Assembly (NCBI RefSeq): GCF_006345805.1
Contig: NW_021824641.1
Location: forward strand, 1 to 17,885
Length of the DNA: 17,885 nt
Origin: Octopus sinensis
Taxonomy: Eukaryota
Reading direction: 5' to 3'
Shown here piece by piece: positions 1-8,039 of the stretch (its first letter is position 1; each line of letters opens with the position of its first letter). Position numbers and translations under genes: made by a program. The notes beneath the pieces were generated by a model. That model saw only the letters and a list, made by a program, of their open reading frames with translations. It did not search any database and was not told the origin of the DNA.

Positions 1-19
1 TTACTACAAAGCACTCTGC

Positions 20-20
<1 letters not shown>

Positions 21-61
<41 letters not shown>

Positions 62-130
62 GCAGACGTGTGTGTGTGTGCATACTTACATATACATAGA
101 TAGTCACACACACACACACACACACACACA
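21..130. repeat. Compound microsatellite (TA)n / (TG)n / (CA)n
   Basis: Direct reading: TA run ~21-59, TG run ~67-80, CA run ~104-130. Confidence 0.95.
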
Positions 131-338
131 TGTACTGAAGAGCCTTGTGGTTTGCTAGAAGCCTTGTCATTGGAGACTGACAGCTTCTTACGATGTAGAA
201 AGGCAAAAGTCATCTTTTTATATTTCGGGAAATATGTAAATGTTACTTAACTGACCCTTTCCACATTGGAAGGGGCTCTCCATCTTCATCATTTTATTAG
301 TTTCATATGTGTGCGTGTGTGTTCAGCTTCATTTATAT

Positions 339-360
339 ATCATCATCATCATCATCATCA
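339..360. repeat. (CAT)n microsatellite, possibly an (ATG)n RTE-type tail on the minus strand
   Basis: About 7 CAT units. The RTE copies in this window end in (ATG)n; a tail origin here is inference. Confidence 0.8.
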
Positions 361-484
361 CTGTACATATTTGTTTTGTATATATATTTGTTTTTCTATA
401 TATATATATATATATTGGTAAAAGGGTAAGATAACAAAAGAAAGAAAGAGACCTCAATATTATGTAAAATAGAGGAAATTATCT

Positions 485-567
485 ATAAAGTAATATGTTA
501 CATTACTCGATAGTCAAGATAAAACTCTGAGTTTATCTGACTATCGACTAATGTAACTTTTACTTTA
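485..567. repeat. Imperfect inverted repeat (hairpin)
   Basis: Paired segments: ATAAAGTAA 485-493 / TTACTTTAT 559-567, GTTACATTA 497-505 / TAATGTAAC 549-557, TCGATAGTC 507-515 / GACTATCGA 539-547, AAACTC 522-527 / GAGTTT 529-534. Centre at T528. Confidence 0.9.
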
Positions 568-575
568 TTGATATG

Positions 576-617
<42 letters not shown>

Positions 618-686
618 TATGTAGTCCCGGGTTGAGTCGGGGTTAACACAGTAAATAGGTACTCAATACATACAAGTTAATTAATT

Positions 687-812
687 TATTTTATAGAAGG
701 AGCTTCTACAGGACTAGAACTGTTTCATTCAAAAGAAATCATCAGGAAGCTTCCTGATGATTTCTTTTGAATGAAACAGTTCTAGTCCTTTAGAAGCTCC
801 TTCTATAAAATA
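687..812. repeat. 126-bp spacerless palindrome, one mismatch
   Basis: Symmetry axis inside AAGCTT (747-752). Arms are complementary except C709/T790. Confidence 0.95.
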
Positions 813-956
813 TATCATATATATATCTTATATATATATATATTATATATATATTCACTATATATATATATATATATTATACCCTGTATAGACTCCTGTG
901 GAAGTCAAAGTGTTTAGACCATTTTTAAGGTCAAATTTGTGGGGTTGACTTTATAC

Positions 957-1151
957 ACTTGCTTTTATCATTTTGTATTTTAATCTCTGTCATCTGTCCA
1001 GAGAGGAACTACATCTAACCATCTTAGATGGACAGACTCAATACCAGAATTTTCAGATGCAGTTGAAGCCAGAAGTACTAGCCAAACAGACCACTCTTAC
1101 ACATACCTATAACATTATCTCAGTGGGCCCGAAACTGCGTGTTTAGCAGTG
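957..1151 (+). repeat. Copy A of an exon-like segment duplicated at 17666-17860
   Basis: Long shared blocks with copy B, e.g. ATCTGTCCAGAGAGGAACTACATCTAACCATCTTAGATG and TTTTCAGATGCAGTTGAAGCCAGA. Copy A has small indels. Confidence 0.9.
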
Positions 1152-1181
1152 TATATGTATATATATACACACATATATATA

Positions 1182-2713
1182 CAGTTGCAGCCAAAATGTT
1201 CAGAACGGCATTGTTTTCGTCAGAAAAGTTAGTATAAGTTTTTATCAAAGTAGTTTCATATTCTATAATTTTCACAGACAATAAATACAATATTAATTGT
1301 TATTGTCTGAGATGTTGGATTAATTTGAGAGGATAATACAAAAGTTATGGATGATTTAGTGATTTACTGCAAATCCCATGGCGGCCAAAATGATCAGAAC
1401 GGTAGAAAAAATAACAAATAATCAAAAATGACCGAGAATACTGGAATTATTTAATATTTAGCTTCAATCACACTCTGACATCTTCGACTGCATGAGGAAT
1501 TTAAATTTTCAATTTCTTGCTGGGTGATCTTATTCCATTCATCCTGAAGGGCATTCCATAATTGTTCAGTTGTTTTAGGATTTCTGGCTTTCGAACGTTC
1601 TCCTAGAATATTCCATAAATTTTCAATAGGATTGAGATCTGGGCTTTGAGCAGGCCAATCCATAATAATAACCTTTTCAGCCTTGAGGAAGTTCATGACC
1701 ACCTTAGCTTTGTGACATGGGGCATTGTCCTGCATGAATATGGATGGTCGCTTAATTGAATTTCTCAGCACAGGCAAGACATGATCTTTTACAAGTTGTT
1801 TATAAACTCCTGCATTTACCTTTCCATATAATCACACCAAAGGGCCCACAACATCTCCAGATATCATCCCCCAAACCATGACACTCCCTCCACCGAATTT
1901 AACACTAGTCTTAAGGCATTTAGGCGACAATTTTTCACCTACTTTTCTACGAACGTTCCTTTTCCCATCTGAGCCAAATAACATAAACTTAGATTCATCA
2001 CTGAAATGCACCGTTTGCCATTTTTCTTGAGACCACAACACTTGTTCGGTTGCAAAGGTAAGACGACACTTTTTATTCTTGGAGCTGATCAGTGGCTACA
2101 CTGCAGGTACTCTTGCTTGTAGGTCATGTTCAACTAAACGACGAGACACAGTTTTTCGAGATAAAGTTTTCTTCAATACAATGCTCATTTTCCGAGAAAA
2201 AGCAGCAGCAGTTTTAAATCTGTCCTTTTTAACCAACTTTACCATTGCACGATCTTCTCTCTTGGTCGTTTTTCATGGCCTACCTGTAAACTTTCTTGCT
2301 TCACACGAACCACACTCATCGTAGACCTTAAGAATACCGTGTACAACACTTTTTGACTTGTTAATAATCTTTGCAATAGATCCAATACTTAAATTATCCT
2401 TCCTTCGAAGCTTAATAATCTGCTGACGAATTAGTAACAGAGTAAGTGGCATTATATTAACAAAGTACACTGCAAATATTCTTACTAATGTTTAGTAAAC
2501 GAACCGTCACGTAAACAAATTCAAAACATTAGAGTTCGCCGGTTAAATATACTAAAACACGGAGTAAAAGCAACCGTTCTGATCATTTTGGCTGCCATGG
2601 GTTTTGCAGTAAATCACTAAATCATCCATAACTTTTGTATTATCCTCGAAATTGACCAAAGTTAATCTACTTTTCTGAAGAAAAATAAGCATATGAACAT
2701 TTTGGCCGCACTG
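1182..2713 (-). mobile_element. Tc1-family DNA transposon with IR/DR-type terminal inverted repeats
   Basis: Ends CAGTTGCAGCCAAAATGTTC (1182) and GAACATTTTGGCCGCACTG (ends 2713), with TA 5' of the left end. Inner IR 1330-1403 vs 2573-2646 has 2 mismatches in 74 bp. Internal DD34E transposase. Confidence 0.95.
1451..2452 (-). pseudogene. Tc1 DD34E transposase, single frame with three premature stops
   Basis: ORFs 2273-2470, 1832-2041 and 1451-1777 share one frame. Motifs: paired-like HTH N-terminus, GRP, FSDESKF, GGSVMVWG, FMQDNAPCH, WPAQSPDLNPIENLW; 34 residues between the second D and E. Stops: TGA 2273-2275, a TAG near 2095, TGA 1832-1834. Confidence 0.93.
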
Positions 2714-2714
2714 T

Positions 2715-2902
2715 TATGTATTTTATATAGATATATATATATAATATATATAAATTTATATATATGTATATAGTATATATGTATTATATGATATATTTAT
2801 ATAGATATATATATATACACACTATCGTTTAATGTTTGCTTTCTATGGCTGGTATAGAAAGCAGACATTAAACAATGATGATGATATACATACACATTAT
2901 AC

Positions 2903-2936
<34 letters not shown>

Positions 2937-3081
2937 ATATATATATATATAATATTCATATATATATACATATACATATGTATATACACATATATATACA
3001 CACAGATATATATACATATATACATACATTATATATAATGCATATATATACACAATATATATATACACACATATATATATT

Positions 3082-3120
<39 letters not shown>

Positions 3121-3380
3121 TTACAGCACATCAGACACCACCCAGAACTTTTGAGGGCCAAAATACACATGTACATATATACACACACATACATATATAC
3201 ACATATACAAATATATATACGTACATTAACACAAATAGATACATACATATACACTCATACACACGAATAAATATATACATACACGTATACACACAAATAC
3301 ATATATGCACACATACATACACTCATATAAATAAGTAGATACATACGTACACACATACATATATATACCCACATATACAC
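2715..3380. repeat. Long compound (TA)n/(TACA)n/(CA)n microsatellite field
   Basis: Direct reading. It explains the Y/I/V/C-rich spurious ORFs at 2832-3322. Confidence 0.95.
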
Positions 3381-3539
3381 AAACATGAAGCTAGAAAGAA
3401 GTGCTGCTGGTGCATTTCAAGATGCGAAACACACAAATACTTCTTTATTCTTAATTGATACATTTAATCAATAAAATATTTCTTCCCATTATTGATAAAA
3501 TAATCTCATCTATTTTGGCAATTGTCGACCCCTTCATGA

Positions 3540-4142
3540 TAGAAAATACCTTCAACATTCCATCAAACACAAAGCACAACTCTTTTTTAGTCCGAGACAC
3601 GACCTTGGGAATGGATTGTCTATATTTATCGGATGCTATGCCTTGTCGTTCTTGTTGGAAATGATGACAGAGGACCCGCTTTTCAACAGTTGCGATGATT
3701 CTACCAAAGAAAGTTTTGATAACAAGTCTACTCTTCAATGACAAGCAGAGGGTAGCAAGTCTTTGATGAAGCTGAGAAACAGTCACATGATGAGGGACCC
3801 ACACTCTGAATTCAAACACTTTTCCCAGTTCATGAAGGTGTTTTATGATCGAACTACGACTAAAGTTGAACTGCCTTGCTTAATCTTTTGAGGTTTGCTT
3901 TGAATTTTGCTCGGCTGAGTTCGATATTGATAGAATTCGATCAGCTAGATCAAGGAAAATCTGTAGAAGAAATCTTTCCTGGGCGAAACTGGTCAAACCA
4001 TAGCTGGAATGTCCAGGCAACTGACAGCATTGTTTCCATGGACAGAACAACAAATATTTCTTGCTGCTTCCATTGCTAAGGGACCCCTTTTCTATTCGTA
4101 CAACATGAAGTGTCTAATAAACGAAGTCTGATCTAAACTCAT
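3540..4142 (-). pseudogene. Mariner transposase remnant (HTH plus first catalytic Asp region), frameshifted
   Basis: Manual translation across frames: MSLDQTSFIRHFMLYE*KRG..EAARNIC, QLWFDQFRPG, QFNFSRSSIIKHLHELGKVFEFRVWVPHH (WVPHEL motif), FFGRIIATVEKRVL (RIVTGDEKW-like), KRVVLCV*WNVEGIFYHE (MLCVWWD-like). The rest of the catalytic domain appears absent. Confidence 0.82.
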
Positions 4143-4253
4143 TTTAAAAGATTAAAATCGATACAAATTTAACGTTTAAGGTTTAAAGTAATCCGCAAAT
4201 AAAAATATTAGAATGTAAAAGAAATATTTATTTCAAATATTGAAAAGAACCGT

Positions 4254-4306
4254 GGTCATGTGAAAAATGGAGGTCATGTGAAGAATGAGGTCATGTGAAA
4301 AATGCA
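4254..4306 (+). repeat. Three tandem 17-18 bp units GGTCATGTGAA(A/G)AATG
   Basis: Units start at 4254, 4272 and 4289. Confidence 0.9.
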
Positions 4307-4499
4307 GAGGACAGTTTCCCAACCTATTATACCTCATTACCCCAGCACGGCCGTAGTCTGATGACTGAGTCAAATAAAAGAATAAAAGAGCAAAAAAATA
4401 TCTAAATAAATACAAAATATAATATGAGGTAGTAATTATTTTCTGGGAAACAAAACCACATCCTCAAAATAATAACTGAAGTGAATAATTAGAGTTTAA

Positions 4500-4637
4500 A
4501 GCTGCACTAATGAGTCATCCTTTATTCCTCTAACGATCTCCATAAGATAAAATTTTTCTGTATTCACCATCCACACGCATTTCTACCTGTAAACATTCAG
4601 TGAAGCTCTGCAGAGCGACGAAAGCTTACCTGCAGCT
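4500..4637 (+). ncRNA. Degenerate type I hammerhead-ribozyme-like motif, probably inactive, possibly a Penelope-like relic
   Basis: Stem I AGCTGCA 4500-4506 / TGCAGCT 4631-4637; CTAATGA 4507-4513 (consensus CTGANGA); stem II GTC 4514-4516 / GAC 4617-4619; GAAA 4620-4623. The cleavage triplet is not NUH. Confidence 0.45.
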
Positions 4638-4689
4638 CTTTCTAGCAATGATAGTAATTCATGTTCCCCTGAAACGTAAATATATATAT

Positions 4690-5454
4690 AGAAGCATCAG
4701 ATGTGGTGTGTAAGAGAGACGTCTGCGCTGGTATGGTCATGTGGTGAGAATAGATGAGGACAGCTGTGTGAAAAAGTGCCACACCCTAGTGGTTGAGTGA
4801 ATCTATGGGAGAGGTAGACCCAGGAAGACCTGGGATGAAGTGGTGAAGCACGACCTTCAAACTTTAGGCGTCACCGAGGGAATGACTAGTGACCAAGACT
4901 TTTGGAAATATGCTGTGATTGATAAGACCCGGCAAGCCAAATGAGACCATAACCTCGTGGCCTATGCCAGGGGCGTAACCAGCCCATTATGCGTAACTTT
5001 TCCTTCTTTGGTCACTAAACTCTCTGCTTGTGAGACCTAAATGAAATCAAAATCAATTGATGTCAGGCATCCGTGCTACCGAGGTGGAAAGAGCACCATC
5101 CGAGTGTGATCGTTGACAGAGCAGCTAACCGGCTTCCATGCCAGTGGCATGTAAAAGGCACCATTCGATTGTGATCGTCAACAGCATCGCCTTACTGGCA
5201 CCTGTGCCATTGGCATGTGTAAAAAGATTTGTGCAAGGTCGTTACCAGTACCACCTGACTGGCCCCCATGCCGATTGGCATGTAAAAGCACACACTACAC
5301 ACTTGGAGTGGTTGCCGTTAGGAAGGGCATCCAGCTGTAGAAACTCTGCCAGATCAAGATTGGAGCCTGGTGCAGCCATCTGGTTCACCAGCCCTCAGTC
5401 AAATCATGCAACCCATGCTAGCATGGAAAGAGGACATTAAATGATGATGATGAT
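4690..5454 (+). mobile_element. RTE-clade LINE, 5'-truncated 3' end (copy A)
   Basis: Translates LRWYGHVVRIDEDSCVKKC..GRGRPRKTWDEVVKHDL. 3' UTR has tandem units, a GTTAGGAAGGGCATCCAG motif and an (ATG)n tail, all shared with copies B and C. Confidence 0.88.
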
Positions 5455-5687
5455 TTTGTTTGCCCACTCAGTTGTATCTATCAAGATATCTTTGTCTGTG
5501 TGTGTATACCTAAGTTTTGTCGACCCGACAAAAGCATAACAAACCCGCAGCTCCGAGGGCAAGCTCCAGCAGACGTTCCAGGAACTGGAGGTCCCCTTGG
5601 GTGGTTTCTCCTCCGGGGGTCGCACCTCCCATGGCCACCACTTCAGCACCAGCCACAGGTTGGCACCTTCCCTCTGCGGTTTGGGTA

Positions 5688-6021
5688 ACACCTCCGCCAA
5701 GGTCGCCAAGCTTCCTACGAGCCGCCTACAATAGGCACACCATCCGAGGAAGTTCCTCAAATCCCTCACACAGGCAGGGTCCGGCCAATCCTTCACAGTG
5801 GCCACCTTCCTCAGGGCTCTATATCCCACGTAGCATCTCGCTGTGCCATCCCCATTCCGCGCAATTATCGCCGACGACCAGGCACCATTCTGCTTTTCCA
5901 CTGTTCCCCGTCGCCGATATCTCCTCTTGCGCTGCCGTACTGGGACTTTCCTCTGGCCTCGCTGCTTCCTCAAGCGACGACCGCCTTGGTTGATGAAGCA
6001 CTCCGTCATGTTCGTGCGACC
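5688..6021 (-). pseudogene. Gypsy pol remnant with the RT core deleted
   Basis: GRTNMTECFINQG (GRTxxVEHxIxTG-like), WSSAIIARNGDGTARCYVGYRAL (WSSPxxLVxKKDGxxRxCVDYRxL-like), joined directly to KVATVKDWPDPACVRDLRNFLGWCAYCRRLV (post-RT WPxP..LRxFLG..YYRRF-like). No YxDD, RNase H or integrase motifs. Confidence 0.85.
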
Positions 6022-6081
6022 AACATCCGACAACCTTCGCGACCAACGTCCTGCGCTCCTCACCAACGGTTGCTTCTTCTG

Positions 6082-6639
6082 CAACTGCATCAGTGGACCA
6101 CCATCTCCTTCAGCTGCATCACTGTATCGGCAGAACTGACCCCGCCGCTGGTTTACCGTCCGGCGCAGTTCCACGATTTGCCCTCTGCAAATCGCCTGCG
6201 CAGCCTTCAATAAATCGGCCGACCCAACCAGCGCTCTGTCAACTTCTGCCTCCACCAGGGTCCAGCTGACCCTCAATTGAGCTCTTACTCTGCACTGCCT
6301 GTCGGGCTCCACCAGCCCCACGCAACCATCTAACACAGAGCCCACCCGAGTGCCAACCAAGCACCAGCGACTCCTTGCGGACCGCCTCCTCAACTGCATC
6401 AGTGGGCCACCATCTCCTTCAACTGCGTTGCCGTATCGGCAGAACTGGCCCCACCACTGGTTTGCCATCTGGCACGATTCCTCGATTTGCCTTCAACAAA
6501 TCGCCTGTGCCACTTCCAAAAGATCGGCCGACCCAGCCAGCGCCCTGCCAGCTTCTGTTTCTACTAGGGTCCACCCAACCCTCAATTGAGCTTTTACTAT
6601 GCACTGCCTGTCGGGCTCCACCGGCCCCAAGCAGCCATC
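6082..6639 (-). repeat. Diverged ~250-bp direct repeat at a 309-bp (103-codon) offset, resembling the Gypsy protease-RT linker
   Basis: 6082-6330 vs 6391-6639. Translations: GLVEPDRQCRVRAQLRVSWTLVE..ADLLKAAQAICRGQ and GPVEPDRQCIVKAQLRVGWTLVE..ADLLEVAQAIC*RQ. Confidence 0.88.
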
Positions 6640-7415
6640 AACCACAGTCTTCCTGGTCTTGGCGGACCCACCACCGCTCGTAGCCGTCTCGCCTCGTCAA
6701 CGGGCTTGGTCCTCCTCACCAAAGGCCTCACAACACGCACGCTCGGCCGCCAGTCCATCCACGCCTGTGGCCTCTCCACAGTGGGAACCATACAGTCCTT
6801 CTGGGCCCCGAGAGACAGGGGCCCAGACACCAAAGGACTCGCACACGGCACAACACCTGCCGCGACCATTACACACAGAGCCGGAACCTCAGATTCAGCG
6901 ACATCCGCCCCAGACCTCGCCAGCTCTTCGTCCCGAGCTCCGAGAGACAGGGGTCGAGATGCCAAGGGCCCCAGACACGGAACAACAGCATCAGCCATAA
7001 CACCTTCAACAGGCCTTTCGGATTCCTCAACCTCTACGGGCTCCAAATCACAAGATTTCTTGGGTACAGCGTCACAAATTTCGGCAACCAGCCCAGGTTC
7101 CACAACACTTCCTTCGGGTACAGCGTCACAAATTTCGGCAACCAACCCAGGTTCCGCAACACTTCCTTCACTTGATGCCTCATTTGACGGGCAATCTCCG
7201 CCCACAGGACCGTCGCTATCCCCGGTCCAACACCGATCCTCCAAAGCTGACCCATCTGCAACCTCAAGCTCCTGCTGATCTGCCCACAGGCCCTGTCGCC
7301 TCTTGTCCATTCTTTCTAAGAATGCATCTGTCTGCGCCATCTGGCCCCTCAACATCTCCACGATCAGGGCAAGCGAAATCTCCTCGTCTCCGGTCCGACA
7401 ACCAGACAAATCCAT
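6597..7415 (-). CDS. PBS-proximal acidic, low-complexity ORF in the gag position; product unrecognised
   Basis: Open frame 6597-7442 with first ATG at 7415, 36 nt after the PBS. No CCHC knuckle or capsid motif recognised. Contains an in-frame 54-bp tandem duplication at 7062-7169. Confidence 0.45.
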   Translation of the reverse strand: MDLSGCRTGDEEISLALIVEMLRGQMAQTDAFLERMDKRRQGLWADQQELEVADGSALEDRCWTGDSDGPVGGDCPSNEASSEGSVAEPGLVAEICDAVPEGSVVEPGLVAEICDAVPKKSCDLEPVEVEESERPVEGVMADAVVPCLGPLASRPLSLGARDEELARSGADVAESEVPALCVMVAAGVVPCASPLVSGPLSLGAQKDCMVPTVERPQAWMDWRPSVRVVRPLVRRTKPVDEARRLRAVVGPPRPGRLWLMAAWGRWSPTGSA

Positions 7416-7450
7416 AGCAAAAAAGCCGATCAAGTGCAGCAATCAGGACA

Positions 7451-7468
7451 ATCCCACTTCTGACACCA
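7451..7468 (-). promoter_or_regulatory. Primer-binding site complementary to the tRNA-Leu(CAA) 3' end
   Basis: Minus strand reads TGGTGTCAGAAGTGGGAT, 2 nt after the LTR end ...CCGTAACA. The plus strand equals the metazoan tRNA-Leu(CAA) 3' end ATCCCACTTCTGACACCA (from memory). Confidence 0.88.
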
Positions 7469-7470
7469 AT

Positions 7471-8028
7471 TGTTACGGAATCACCCGTCGTCGCCGCTCG
7501 CCCGAACGGGCAAGTTCGCCACGGAACCCAAAGAGGAGAGAGGAGAGATACAACAACAACAACAGCCGCAGCAGCACAGAGATACAGAGGCAACCGAGAG
7601 AGACACCAAAAGGCAAAACGGCAACAACTGGCTTACATCTAACAACAGTTTATGACAATCAATGGTTACAACATCAAAGCATTTAAGGAAACAACAAATC
7701 AATACATCATACAACAGATCAAAGCATTTAAACATGCAAGTAACAATATAACAGTCCGGAGACACAACAAGGTCAATACATTAGCATTTCAAAGGTACAC
7801 GTCCGAAAACACAGTTCTATTTCAAATCACATCACAGATAACGTCACAGTTCTTTGAAGTCTTTACAATCTCATTTCTATTTTCTTTTGTAACATGTATC
7901 AACACAATTCTGAACATAAATACCACAACTCAATAATCGACACATCGACAAGTCCTCTACTCAATTCACAATGTTCTTTATCGACTACATCAGAGTCCTT
8001 CTTTTCACTGTCTCTTTACATCGTGACA
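7471..8028 (-). repeat. Putative 5' LTR, 558 bp
   Basis: Minus strand starts TGTCACG and ends CGTAACA (TG...CA with a short terminal inverted repeat) and abuts the PBS. The 8028 boundary rests on the terminal motif only. Confidence 0.65.
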
Positions 8029-8039
8029 CGTATCAATAC

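Larger units (their letters stand above)
3450..4329 (-). mobile_element. Degenerate, internally deleted mariner-family transposon
   Basis: Transposase remnants at 3540-4142. Mariner-like terminal sequence TAATAGGTTGGGAAA (minus strand, starting 4329) next to TA. The other terminus was not identified. Confidence 0.75.
5518..8028 (-). mobile_element. Non-autonomous, internally deleted Ty3/Gypsy LTR retrotransposon derivative
   Basis: GC-rich island. LTR-like unit 7471-8028, PBS 7451-7468, long ORF, Gypsy pol remnants at 5688-6021. No matching second LTR and no TSD found. Confidence 0.8.

Noticed and set aside
884-956. Possible MITE (GTATAGACTC...GACTTTATAC)
   Set aside because: The terminal complementarity is too short and imperfect to support a call without a library search.
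2832-3322. ORFs rich in Y/I/V/C/M
   Set aside because: Translations of (TA)n/(TG)n microsatellites. The same applies to 8623-8898, 9510-9761, 13939-14170 and 15718-16036.
7451-7468. tRNA-Leu gene
   Set aside because: Only the 3' 18 nt including CCA are present, next to an LTR end. This is a PBS, not a gene.
5500-7686. Many overlapping plus-strand ORFs, e.g. 6586-7278 and 5517-5993
   Set aside because: Antisense shadows in a GC-rich element. The PBS and pol motifs define the minus strand as sense, and no motifs are recognised in these ORFs.
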